A stretch of DNA of 64,000 bases from Candidatus Wolfebacteria bacterium RIFCSPLOWO2_01_FULL_47_17b (GCA_001793865.1 MGIS01000024.1:21525-85524); one strand, 5' to 3'. Counted from the first letter of the stretch, positions 39,979 through 49,211 are shown. Notes: generated by a model not told the origin, from the letters alone. Numbers and translations: made by a program.

Positions 39979-40785
39979 ATGACTATTTTACTGTATGGGC
40001 CTGATACGTATTCCAGACAATGCAAGCTTGTCCAGTTTCGTGAAGGAGTCGTGAAGCGCAATCCTGATGTGGTGCAGGGCTCGTTTGATTTGAGTGAAGA
40101 TGGCACGCTGTATACGCTACACGAGTTTGCATCGGTGCGGGGGCTCTTTTCGCAAGGAAAGCGCATTGCGGTTGTGCGCGGCGCTCTTGGTTTTTTTGGC
40201 AATGAAGCTTTTGTCCGAATCGTATCCCGCGCGGCGCATGATCCAGACGTGCTTTTGCTTTTGCAGGAAGACCGGGACAGAAAATTAGACCGAAAGACGG
40301 AATCGTTCTGCAAAAAGAATGATATACAGGTGCAATATTTTGCAAAACCGACCGTTGCAACAGTGCGTACACGGGTGCAGGAGCACGCTGTATCAATCGG
40401 TGTTACGATCGATTCTCGGGCGCTTGATTTTCTGATTGAAGCGCGTGGGCAGGATATATACGCGTTAGTATCGGACATTGATAAATGGTCCGCCGTCAGC
40501 ACGAAAATCGATGTACCGTTTCTTTCAAAGACGGGCGAGTATGCTGCGGGAATAGGCGTATTCGATTTTTCTCAATCGGTGTTGTACCGAAAACCGCTTG
40601 CGGAGCGGCTCTCGCTGTTTGAGCGCGTTTCTTCACAAGGGATTGATCTATACGCGGCGTTCAACATTATCGCGAAAATGACCGCTTCCAAGGATCTTAT
40701 TGATTTGCTTGCCGCCGCGGATCTGAAAATAAAAAAAGGCCTTTTGGATATACAGCAAGCGATGCTTGCTGTGGTTATAGATTAG
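39979..40785 (+). CDS. holA: DNA polymerase III delta subunit
   Basis: LLYGPDTY start, GLFSQGKRI, ADLKIKKG end; adjacent to rpsT. Confidence 0.75.
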   Translation: MTILLYGPDTYSRQCKLVQFREGVVKRNPDVVQGSFDLSEDGTLYTLHEFASVRGLFSQGKRIAVVRGALGFFGNEAFVRIVSRAAHDPDVLLLLQEDRDRKLDRKTESFCKKNDIQVQYFAKPTVATVRTRVQEHAVSIGVTIDSRALDFLIEARGQDIYALVSDIDKWSAVSTKIDVPFLSKTGEYAAGIGVFDFSQSVLYRKPLAERLSLFERVSSQGIDLYAAFNIIAKMTASKDLIDLLAAADLKIKKGLLDIQQAMLAVVID

Positions 40786-41218
40786 GGGTTTTGGCGTAGA
40801 AGCTTGTATGGTTGAGGGGCTTTGTTTGATGTTTGTCTTTAAACGAATTCCACGCAGTGGCAAGGTTGAATAGTTGTCTCGATGTAATGTCGTAGACGGT
40901 GATGAGTTCAGTGCAGAGCGAAATTTCAATCCTGTAGATATCCTTGATTTGTTCAAGTCCCACGATTGTTTCGTTGCTTTCGGCCATTGCGTCATCAAGA
41001 TATTTTTGAAACCCGCGTTTTTGATGACGTTTTGCATAACCTTCTGCGATAAGACGAGGCACAGCTTTGCATGATCGTGATAGCTGATCTTTTAAATCAT
41101 ACCTTTCGTTAAGAGGTAGTTTTGGAATAATTTTAGTCATCAAAATAACACAGGCGTTGTAGCTGTTTTTATATACTTCTAAGTCCCGAAAACTTCTTAT
41201 GGGTTTTTTTATTTCCAT
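40775..41218 (-). CDS. Four-helix-bundle protein (23S rRNA IVP/Avd-like)
   Basis: SFRDLEVY, ERYDLKDQLSRS..VPRLIAEGY, ESNET. Confidence 0.92.
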   Translation of the reverse strand: MEIKKPIRSFRDLEVYKNSYNACVILMTKIIPKLPLNERYDLKDQLSRSCKAVPRLIAEGYAKRHQKRGFQKYLDDAMAESNETIVGLEQIKDIYRIEISLCTELITVYDITSRQLFNLATAWNSFKDKHQTKPLNHTSFYAKTPNL

Positions 41219-41266
41219 ACGACAACCTTTTGACGCTATACCATACTAGCGTCTATACCTAAGCCT
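40793..41266 (-). mobile_element. Family B element, filled copy around four-helix-bundle gene
   Basis: GTAGAAGCTTGTATGGT 40796-40812 and ACCATACTAGCGTCTATACC 41240-41259. Confidence 0.75.
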
Positions 41267-41531
41267 TTGTAAAAGTCTTTGTATATAACCTGCTGGCCCG
41301 TGATTTAATGCGACTCGCTTTATTGCGGTGAATGAAGTTGGACTTGGATGTCTTGTCCGCGGTCTTGTACAGCTTGGTAAGCGCGGCGGCTGCTTCGTCT
41401 TTTTTCTGCGCGGCGGCAAGTTTCTTGAATTCTTTAGCGGCGCTTTTGAGGGCGGTTTTCCGCTCCAGATTGCGCTCCCGCCGGCGGATATTCTGCCGGT
41501 TCGCTTTTATGGCTGATTTCGTGTTTGGCAT
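41259..41531 (-). CDS. rpsT: 30S ribosomal protein S20
   Basis: MPNTKSAIKANRQ...IHRNKASRIKSR. Confidence 0.97.
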   Translation of the reverse strand: MPNTKSAIKANRQNIRRRERNLERKTALKSAAKEFKKLAAAQKKDEAAAALTKLYKTADKTSKSNFIHRNKASRIKSRASRLYTKTFTKA

Positions 41532-41606
41532 GATACGCGTGATAGTAGCATGACAATTTTATAAAATCAAGCTACACATGTTTCTTTGCGGTCAAGATTT
41601 AATATA

Positions 41607-41716
41607 TTTAATTTTTAATTTTGACTTTCGAATTTCGAATCAATTTTTAATGATTGAATTTTCAAAATTAATACATTCGAGCTTGATTCGAAATTCAAAA
41701 TTAGAAATTCGAAATT
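41607..41716. repeat. AT-rich hairpin element, family A, empty copy
   Basis: TTTCGAATTTCGAATCAATTTT...TTGATTCGAAATTCAAAATTAGAAATTCGAAATT. Confidence 0.85.
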
Positions 41717-41762
41717 ATTATTGATTTTGATACGGTGTATGGAATGCGGTATACTACTACAT

Positions 41763-42344
41763 ATGTTATATTCACTCAGCGGAGTCATAACCCACATCCG
41801 AGATGATTTTTTTGTGCTAGAAACAGCGGGAATAGGGTTTCGCATTCGCGCCACGCAGGGACTTCGCCAAAAAGCAGTTGTCGGGAAGAATTTATCCATT
41901 TTTTGTAACTGGCAGGTGGAGCAGGGCGATATATATGGCTTTGAGGCTTCGGAGGAGCTTTCGCTTTTTGAAACGCTCATTATGGTGTCGGGAGTAGGGC
42001 CGAAAATGGCGCTGAAACTTCTCAATAGCATGCCCGCCGCGCAGCTAGCGTCATTAATTCTGCTTGAGAAGCGTGACGATCTTTCGAATTTTTCGGGTAT
42101 AAGCGAAAAAACCGCGTCCAAGATCATTATTGAGCTTAAAGAAAAACTTCGAAAAAGCTCATTTTCCAAGACTTCTGATACTGCCCGCTCGCTTGAGCTT
42201 GAGGAACTTTTACGGATGTTGGGGTATGCCCACAAAGACATTGAGGCGGTGTGCAAGGATATGGACACACGTACCGGTAAGATTGAAGTTCACCTTAAGA
42301 ACGCGTTGAAGGAGCTATCAAAGAACAAACTTCGAAAAGTATGA
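41763..42344 (+). CDS. ruvA: Holliday junction branch migration protein RuvA
   Basis: YGF...ELSLFETLIMVSGVGPKMAL, GISEKTASKIIIELKEK. Confidence 0.93.
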   Translation: MLYSLSGVITHIRDDFFVLETAGIGFRIRATQGLRQKAVVGKNLSIFCNWQVEQGDIYGFEASEELSLFETLIMVSGVGPKMALKLLNSMPAAQLASLILLEKRDDLSNFSGISEKTASKIIIELKEKLRKSSFSKTSDTARSLELEELLRMLGYAHKDIEAVCKDMDTRTGKIEVHLKNALKELSKNKLRKV

Positions 42345-43564
42345 TGTTATTTGTGTATTCACTGTACCATTTGCTATGGAGCGTTGTGGGGGCATTTTTA
42401 TACCGGCATCCTTCCAGGAAATTGTGCGTGATTGGCGTTACCGGCACCAAGGGAAAATCAACAACGCTTGCGCTCTTATCGCATATTTTTTCATACGCAG
42501 GCAAAAAGACGGCGCTCGTGTCTTCTTCGTACGTGCAGATCGGCGCGCGCACCGAACGGAATGAGTCCGGCAATTCCATGCCCGGCAGGTTTTTTTTGCA
42601 GAGGTTTTTGCACCGCGCGCACAAAGAGGGATGTGAGTATGTATTTTTGGAGGTAACGTCGCAGGGGGTGTTGCAGCACCGGCATCGCTTCATTCATTGG
42701 GACAGTGCGGTGTTTTTGGATATCCATCCCGAGCACATTGAAGCGCACGGGTCGTTTCGGAATTATCTGCGCGCGAAAGTATCCTTTTTCACCTATGTAG
42801 CGAAATTTACTTTAAAAAAGCCAACTTTTTTTGCTTACGCGCATGATCCCCACACGCATGCATTCGAGTACGCGGCTCGGCCGTATCCGGTCACGCTTTT
42901 TTCAGAGTCGGTTATACGCGAGAAAAAGATTGAGATTCCCGAAACACTTCCCGGAGACTTTAATCGGATTAACGTTGCGGCGGCGTATGCGATTGCCCGC
43001 ACGCATGGTATTTCGGGTGCCGAGGTTCGCGAAGCGATCGCTTCATTCCCCGGCTTGCTTGGGCGTATGACAATTGTTTCGAAACGTCCTGTGTATGCAG
43101 TTGTGGATTACGCGCATACTCCCGATTCCCTGCAGGCAGTGTATGAATTTTTAAACTCAAAACTCAAAACTCAAAACTCAAAACTCATATGTGTTCTGGG
43201 GGCTGCGGGTGGAGGACGAGACAAATGGAAGCGGCCGATTATGGGCGGCGTCGCGGGACGTTATTGCTCTACTATTATTCTGACAAATGAAGATCCCTAT
43301 AATGAAGATCCGAAAAAAATTATGTATGATGTGGAAAGGGGAATACGGGAGAGCAATTTCATCGGTGAGCTGCACATCATAGAAGATCGAATGATGGCGA
43401 TTATGAAAGCAATATCGCTTGCCACAGACGGGGATACACTCGTGTGTACCGGTAAAGGGGCCGAAGGCTCCATACATATCGCGGGAGGAAAAAAAATTCC
43501 TTGGTCGGAGAGCGAGTTTGTGTTTACGGAATTACAACGACAGGGAAAATATTACAAAACGTGA
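42341..43564 (+). CDS. murE: Mur ligase, MurE-like
   Basis: GVTGTKGKST, EVTSQG, VDYAHTPDSL, GAAGGGRD, TNEDP, TGKG. Confidence 0.9.
   Translation: MMLFVYSLYHLLWSVVGAFLYRHPSRKLCVIGVTGTKGKSTTLALLSHIFSYAGKKTALVSSSYVQIGARTERNESGNSMPGRFFLQRFLHRAHKEGCEYVFLEVTSQGVLQHRHRFIHWDSAVFLDIHPEHIEAHGSFRNYLRAKVSFFTYVAKFTLKKPTFFAYAHDPHTHAFEYAARPYPVTLFSESVIREKKIEIPETLPGDFNRINVAAAYAIARTHGISGAEVREAIASFPGLLGRMTIVSKRPVYAVVDYAHTPDSLQAVYEFLNSKLKTQNSKLICVLGAAGGGRDKWKRPIMGGVAGRYCSTIILTNEDPYNEDPKKIMYDVERGIRESNFIGELHIIEDRMMAIMKAISLATDGDTLVCTGKGAEGSIHIAGGKKIPWSESEFVFTELQRQGKYYKT
43153..43187 (+). repeat. Perfect heptamer tandem repeat (AAACTCA)x5 inside murE
   Basis: Read directly; translated NSKLKTQNSKL. Confidence 0.9.
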
Positions 43565-43573
43565 TAGGTTAAA

Positions 43574-43650
43574 GGGTGTGGCAACCCGTGTCGGCGTGGG
43601 AATGGTTATACGTCAGACAAAATCCCTAGACGATACTGGTTGCGATACCT
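43574..43650. repeat. Diverged empty copy of family B hairpin
   Basis: GGGTGTGGCAACCCGTGTCGGC pairs with GACGATACTGGTTGCGATACCT. Confidence 0.55.
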
Positions 43651-43662
43651 ACAACTACAACT

Positions 43663-45015
43663 ATGACATTGCAATTTCTAGGCGGAGCAAAAAGCGTAAC
43701 GGGGGCGCAATACCTTTTGGAACACGAGGGAACCCGCGTACTCGTGGATTGCGGACTATTTCAAGGAGGTGCGGCAACAGAACAGCTGAATGCCGAACCG
43801 TTTGGGTTTGATCCCGCGACGGTTACGGCGCTTTTTGTGACACACTCGCATATCGATCATATGGGTCGGGTGCCCATGCTCGTGAAGAACGGGTTTCATG
43901 GAGAGATTTATTCTACGCCTCCGGCACGTGACGTGTCGCACGAACTTCTGCTTGACGCGCATTCGCTTATGACTCACCAGTTAAGTCAAGGTACCTTGCC
44001 GCTCTATGAGATTGATGATATTGATCGCGCAATGGGGCTGTGGAGGGGAGTCGCGTACCATGAGCCGTTTTCTGTTGGGCCGTTTCGAGTCGAATTTTTC
44101 AATTCCGGGCATATTCTGGGATCCGCGTGCGTGCGCATTGAGGCAGGAGGCAGAACGATTGTATTTTCGGGAGATCTTGGAAATTCTCCGGCGCCGCTTT
44201 TAAAGGATACCGAACGGATCGAATTTGCGGACTATGCGGTGGTAGAATCCGCGTATGGAGGGCGGGTGCACGAACCAAAAGAACAGGGCAAGCATGTATT
44301 GGAAGATCTTATTGAAGATACGGTCAGATTAAAGGGGACGCTTATGATTCCGGCGTTTGCGATGGAGCGCACGCAGGAACTATTGTATGAATTGAACGAT
44401 TTGGTGGAGCACGGGCGCATTCCGCGTATTCCTGTGTTTATTGATAGCCCCTTGGCCATCCGCCTTACGGCGGTGTACGAGAAATATATCCATGATTCTG
44501 ATTATTTTGACGAGGAAGTTCAAAGGCTTCTTGAGCGGGGTGATGAAATATTCAACTTTTCGGGACTTCGATTAACGCTAACCAAAGAGGAGTCCAAACA
44601 AATAAATGTGGTACCGTCGCCTAAGATGATTATTGCAGGGGCCGGAAATTCGCAGGGAGGGCGGATTTTGCATCATGAACGCAGATATTTATCCGATCCA
44701 AACAGTACGCTCCTTTTTGTCGGATATCAGACCGAGGGATCGTTGGGTAGGCGCATTCTTGACGGTGTTACGGAGGTGACGATTATGAGTGAAAAAATCC
44801 CGGTTCGCGCGCGGGTACAAGAAATCGAATCATTCTCGGCGCACGCGGACCAGCCGCAGTTGGTGGGATGGATTAAGTCGATGCGCGCTTCTCTAAAAAA
44901 GGTATTTGTGGTGCAAGGTGAGGAAGAACAAAGTGAAGCGCTCGCGCACAAGATTTCGGATGAGTTGGCGGTGGACGCTGTCGTTCCGGAGCGCGGTGGT
45001 ATATATGAGCTTTGA
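43663..45015 (+). CDS. MBL-fold beta-CASP ribonuclease
   Basis: VDCGLFQG, THSHIDH, GHILGS, FSGDLG, ESAYG, FSAHAD; VQGE in place of VHGE. Confidence 0.92.
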   Translation: MTLQFLGGAKSVTGAQYLLEHEGTRVLVDCGLFQGGAATEQLNAEPFGFDPATVTALFVTHSHIDHMGRVPMLVKNGFHGEIYSTPPARDVSHELLLDAHSLMTHQLSQGTLPLYEIDDIDRAMGLWRGVAYHEPFSVGPFRVEFFNSGHILGSACVRIEAGGRTIVFSGDLGNSPAPLLKDTERIEFADYAVVESAYGGRVHEPKEQGKHVLEDLIEDTVRLKGTLMIPAFAMERTQELLYELNDLVEHGRIPRIPVFIDSPLAIRLTAVYEKYIHDSDYFDEEVQRLLERGDEIFNFSGLRLTLTKEESKQINVVPSPKMIIAGAGNSQGGRILHHERRYLSDPNSTLLFVGYQTEGSLGRRILDGVTEVTIMSEKIPVRARVQEIESFSAHADQPQLVGWIKSMRASLKKVFVVQGEEEQSEALAHKISDELAVDAVVPERGGIYEL

Positions 45016-45051
45016 TGTGCAGTGTGATATAGTTATGTATTATAGGAATAT

Positions 45052-45163
45052 ATTTAATTTTTAATTTTGATTTTCGAATTTCGATTCAATTTTAAATGAC
45101 TGAATTTCTAAAACTAATACATTCGAATTTGACTCGAAATTCAAAATTAGAAATTGGAAATTT
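45052..45163. repeat. AT-rich hairpin element, family A, empty copy
   Basis: Near-identical to 25921-26028. Confidence 0.85.
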
Positions 45164-45171
45164 TTAAACCC

Positions 45172-45804
45172 ATGCAACGAGGAACTAAAACGCCCAAAAA
45201 AATAGAAACCCATCTGTCGAATAACCTAGAGCCCCTTACCTGTTCGATTGATACCAAATACAAGATATGTGTCTCGGGGGCCGCGGATACGACGTATTGC
45301 GGAGATAAGGCGTTTGATGTGGCTATGGAGCTTGGGCGTGAAATCGTTCGCCACCAAGCGGTGCTTGTGGATGGTGCTACAACGGGGTTTCCTTTCTGGG
45401 CTTCGAAGGGGGCTAAAGAAGAGGGAGGTATGGTCATTGGGTTTTCGCCCGCCGCGACCGAGCTTGAACACATAAAATCATACCGTCTGCCGATCGAATA
45501 CCATGATGTCATCGTGTATACCGGATCAAACTACTCCGGCCGCAATCTCCAGCTGACTCGTTCGGCTGACGCGGTTATCATCGGATGCGGGCGGTTGGGC
45601 ACGTTGAACGAATTTACGATCGCGTTTGAAGACCAGAAGCCCATTGGGGTTTTAGAGGGCGCGTGGGAAATGGATGATCTTATCAAGGAGATCATTGCCA
45701 AGGGGCACCGAGGCCCCGGGAAGATTGTGTATGCGCAGTCGCCAAAGGAGCTTTTAGACAAGCTTGTTGAGCTTATCGAAAAAGAGAAAGGAAATGTGGA
45801 ATAA
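45172..45804 (+). CDS. SLOG/LOG-like nucleotide-binding protein
   Basis: ICVSGAA, GATTG, GAKEEGG, GRLGTLNEF, KPIGVL. Confidence 0.8.
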   Translation: MQRGTKTPKKIETHLSNNLEPLTCSIDTKYKICVSGAADTTYCGDKAFDVAMELGREIVRHQAVLVDGATTGFPFWASKGAKEEGGMVIGFSPAATELEHIKSYRLPIEYHDVIVYTGSNYSGRNLQLTRSADAVIIGCGRLGTLNEFTIAFEDQKPIGVLEGAWEMDDLIKEIIAKGHRGPGKIVYAQSPKELLDKLVELIEKEKGNVE

Positions 45805-46987
45805 AACGGTACTTCCTATATCTCTGCTTGCCGGTACCGTTATTGGTGCCGGAGTATTTTCACTTCCGTATGTATTCAAAACGACCGGATTTTGGCTGAG
45901 CGTCGCGTATGGCGCTCTTTTTTGTTGTGTGGCAATCAGTACCTTTCTGATGTACGCGGATCTTCTGCGACAGCATCCGGGGATGCGGTATGTGGGGCTT
46001 ATGCGCTCATACTTCGGTGCGCGGGGGTATTATATGTCGTTTTTGCTGGACACGGTCCAGCTTTTTTTGGCGCTCACGGTATATGTGGTTCTTTCCGAAA
46101 GTTTTTTGCGGCTCATCCTACCGGGGTACAGCGGAGGCGTGTACGCGATTGGATTCTGGCTTCTGGGATCACTGGCGCTTTTTGTCCGTAATAAAAAAGA
46201 GGCGCTGGAAGAATTTTTTGCCTTGCTGGGGGTGCTTATTATTATGCTCGTCATCGCGATTCTTGGTATAAAAGGATTTGTGCAGTCGGGCATAGCGGAT
46301 CAACCTTTTTCGTACGAATTCATATTCCTTCCGTTCGGGGCGCTTTTATTTTCGTTCAGCGGCCGATCGGTCATACCCGATCTTGTTTCGCTTACGCGAG
46401 GAAATCGGCGTGTTCTGAAACGATCAATCATTGCAGGCATCAGTATTCCGCTTGTACTGTATCTGCTTTTTGTCGTGGGAGTGCTGGGGCTCAGTTCGGA
46501 GGTCTCATCGGACGCGGTTACTGGGCTTCTGGGGCAGGTATACCCCTCTCTTTTGATCTGTATCGGTGTGCTTGGAGCACTTACGCTGTGGAGTTCGTAT
46601 GTGGCGATAGGAGAAAATATCCGCAGGACGCTTGCGGGAGATGTCGGTATTCCGAAGTACATGGCGGGACTTTTTGTGGTCATGGTACCGATTATTCTGT
46701 TCGCGTTTGGATTGCAGAATTTTATCGTGCTCATCGCTTTAATCGGAGGACTTTTGACCGCGACCGAATGGGCGTGTGTTGCCTTGATGTGGCGGAAGTC
46801 GTTTAAGAGAGATTCTATAATGCGAATGCCGCGAATGCAGAATGCGAATGCCGCGAAAGAAGCTGTCATTCCTGCGGAAGCAGGAATCCATTTGCTATTG
46901 CCGCGTTTCTCGTACCCGCTTTTCCTCGGGGTTTTAGGCGTGCTTTCTATCGCGTTCGTGTACACGCTTGTTGAGTTTGTGTTTTAA
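45794..46987 (+). CDS. Aromatic amino acid (HAAAP-like) permease
   Basis: GTVIGAGVFSLPY, about 11 TM, LPFGALLFSFSG. Confidence 0.85.
   Translation: MWNKTVLPISLLAGTVIGAGVFSLPYVFKTTGFWLSVAYGALFCCVAISTFLMYADLLRQHPGMRYVGLMRSYFGARGYYMSFLLDTVQLFLALTVYVVLSESFLRLILPGYSGGVYAIGFWLLGSLALFVRNKKEALEEFFALLGVLIIMLVIAILGIKGFVQSGIADQPFSYEFIFLPFGALLFSFSGRSVIPDLVSLTRGNRRVLKRSIIAGISIPLVLYLLFVVGVLGLSSEVSSDAVTGLLGQVYPSLLICIGVLGALTLWSSYVAIGENIRRTLAGDVGIPKYMAGLFVVMVPIILFAFGLQNFIVLIALIGGLLTATEWACVALMWRKSFKRDSIMRMPRMQNANAAKEAVIPAEAGIHLLLPRFSYPLFLGVLGVLSIAFVYTLVEFVF
46865..46890. repeat. GTCATTCC..GGAATCCA REP-like hairpin in CDS
   Basis: GTCATTCCTGCGGAAGCAGGAATCCA, translated VIPAEAGIH. Confidence 0.7.
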
Positions 46988-46996
46988 AGTTATATA

Positions 46997-48487
46997 ATGA
47001 ATATAATGCGAATGTTACGAAATCGGAGCCCAAAGCTCGTAAGGTTTGGCCTTGGTTTGCGAAGGCCGAACCTTGGTTTTACGAGCTTTGGATGTAAGAA
47101 TTCTTTCACCCTGATTGAGCTCCTCATCGTCATAGGCATCCTCGCCATCCTCACCGCCGCAGTCGTCATCCTCCTCAACCCAGCAGAAATGCTCAAAAAA
47201 GGACGGGATGGTACCCGTATGCAGGACATTGCTTCGCTTGATACAACCATATCACTTCTTGAAACACAGGTATCCAATCTTGATCTGGGCATCGCCCAAA
47301 CCCTCTATATATCCATTCCCGATCCATCCCTATCAGGATCATCTACATCCACCTGTTCCTCACTTGGACTTCCAACACTTCCGAGCGGTTATACCTACCA
47401 CTGCGTATCCCAAGACAATCTCCGAAACGTAGATGGTACTGGCTGGCTCCCCGTGGACTTTACCCAATCGGGCATCACCTCTCTTCCCGCGCTTCCCATC
47501 GATCCTACCAACAGCACCTCTACAGGTCTTTTCTATCGCTACATACCCGGAGGCAGTTATCACTTGGAAGCACTACTTGAATCAAACAGCTATCTAGCTA
47601 CCGCTCAAAGTGATGGTGGCTCTTCTCCCTCTGCATTTGAAAAAGGATCCAACCTTACTCTTATGCCTCCCACCTTTCCTACCGGCTATGTGAAAGTACC
47701 AGGCAACTCAACCTTCGGTACCTCTGATTTCTATGTCATGCAGTATGAGGCGAAGTGTTTTGATGAAAACAACCAACCTCTTCCCTATACCACCGGAGAT
47801 GGAGGTGAGGGAGCAACGTACAACATATATCGAGACCTTTCATTCCCCTGCACATCCGCAAACAACAAGTATGTAGGATCCGCACCCACCGGAGCTCCTA
47901 TTACCCGCGTATCCCAAACAAACGCAATTGCCCGATGTGAAGCATCGGGTGCACATCTCATCACCAATAATGAATGGCAGACCATCGCGTGGAACATACA
48001 AAATAACGCAGTCAACTGGAGCGGCGGATCGGTGGGATCTGGTACCGTACCTCGTGGAAATTCAAACACGTCCGCGGCCATGAGTGACGCCTCTACATTG
48101 AGCGGAGTCAATTATCGAAAGCACATACTTTCAAACGGAAATGAGGTGTGGGATATGGCAGGAAATGTCTGGGATTGGACAAGCGATACCATTGTGGGAA
48201 CTAACAAACCCGCAGGCACGGCAGGTTCGTGGGTTGAATTTACCGCCGTATCAAATTACGGGACACTCTCCCGCTCACAGTTTGGTCCCGTTGACAGCTC
48301 GTGGAGTGCTACGCAAGGTCTTGGTCGCTACTATATGGGAACCGCCGATGGAACAACTTACGCCTTTCTACGCGGCGGCGATTGGGGTGATAGCACGAAC
48401 GCGGGGGTTGAGACGCTGTACCTGACCTACACGCCGGGCTATACGGAGAAGCTACATCGGGTTCCGTTGCGCGAGGTAGTCGTGTAG
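46997..48487 (+). CDS. DGR target protein: type IV pilin N-terminus + FGE-sulfatase/CLec-fold domain
   Basis: S|FTLIELLIVIGILAIL; FYVMQYEA, LITNNEW, DMAGNVWDW, RGGDW; 3' end matches TR. Confidence 0.92.
   Translation: MNIMRMLRNRSPKLVRFGLGLRRPNLGFTSFGCKNSFTLIELLIVIGILAILTAAVVILLNPAEMLKKGRDGTRMQDIASLDTTISLLETQVSNLDLGIAQTLYISIPDPSLSGSSTSTCSSLGLPTLPSGYTYHCVSQDNLRNVDGTGWLPVDFTQSGITSLPALPIDPTNSTSTGLFYRYIPGGSYHLEALLESNSYLATAQSDGGSSPSAFEKGSNLTLMPPTFPTGYVKVPGNSTFGTSDFYVMQYEAKCFDENNQPLPYTTGDGGEGATYNIYRDLSFPCTSANNKYVGSAPTGAPITRVSQTNAIARCEASGAHLITNNEWQTIAWNIQNNAVNWSGGSVGSGTVPRGNSNTSAAMSDASTLSGVNYRKHILSNGNEVWDMAGNVWDWTSDTIVGTNKPAGTAGSWVEFTAVSNYGTLSRSQFGPVDSSWSATQGLGRYYMGTADGTTYAFLRGGDWGDSTNAGVETLYLTYTPGYTEKLHRVPLREVVV
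48360..48478 (+). repeat. DGR variable repeat (VR) with IMH-like 3' end
   Basis: Matches 48942-49059; differences fall at TR adenines except for one indel site. Confidence 0.95.
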
Positions 48488-48490
48488 CAA

Positions 48491-48520
48491 CCCCGCACCA
48501 GAGCGAAGCTCGGTGCGGGG
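48491..48520 (+). other. DGR target-recognition hairpin
   Basis: CCCCGCACC-A-GAGC-GAA-GCTC-GGTGCGGGG just 3' of VR, 3-nt GAA loop. Confidence 0.88.
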
Positions 48521-48556
48521 CGCAGTCTGAAATCTCTCCTCTCGATCAAACAACAT

Positions 48557-48928
48557 ATGTTGCAAAATCTTGTCATCTACCAAAAGACGTATGATCTGCT
48601 GCTCTGGCTGTATCCGGTTGTAAATAAATTTCCCAAAAGCCAGCGGTTCGTGCTCGGACAGCATATTGAAAACAAAGCGCTTGATCTGCTGCAGCTTTTG
48701 ATCCGCGCGCAAGCGGCAATGGACAAGAAAACATATTTGCGGGGCATAAGCATTGCATTGGACGAACTGCGCACACTCGTGCGTTTGGCAAAAGATCTCA
48801 AGTTTATGCAATTGAAACAATATGAACAGGCGGCGGATAGGCTGAATGAGATTGCGAAACTACTCTGCGGACTTATGAAAAGGTTTATTCCGGAGTATAC
48901 TGAGAGCGCTTATCAAAAGCAGGGGTAA
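48557..48928 (+). CDS. avd: DGR accessory variability determinant Avd
   Basis: IYQKTYDLLLWLYPVVNKFPKSQRFVLGQHIE...LVRLAKDL; between target and TR. Confidence 0.93.
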   Translation: MLQNLVIYQKTYDLLLWLYPVVNKFPKSQRFVLGQHIENKALDLLQLLIRAQAAMDKKTYLRGISIALDELRTLVRLAKDLKFMQLKQYEQAADRLNEIAKLLCGLMKRFIPEYTESAYQKQG

Positions 48929-48941
48929 GACTGCACAATGG

Positions 48942-49059
48942 ACGCCTTTCAACGCGGCGGCGATTGGAATAATAGCACGAACGCGGGGGTTGAGACGCTG
49001 AACCTGAACAACACGCCGGGCAATACGAACAACAACATCGGGTTCCGTTGCGCGAGGTA
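48942..49059 (+). ncRNA. DGR template repeat (TR)
   Basis: AAC/AAT-rich copy of VR between avd and RT. Confidence 0.93.
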
Positions 49060-49211
49060 CTCATTACTTTTTGGCCCGAATGAAGCGTGTACGCACACTT
49101 CATCTGAGCCGGACGACTACTGCCTTATTCCTTCTCCAAAAGAGTAAATACACATCCCATTCTCCGCGCTGTTGCATATGCTCCGGCGCGGAGGTGGAGG
49201 GATGTTTTATT

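Noticed and set aside
48938-49147. 69-aa ORF resembling the target C-terminus
   Set aside because: It is the translated template repeat; best treated as non-coding DGR RNA.
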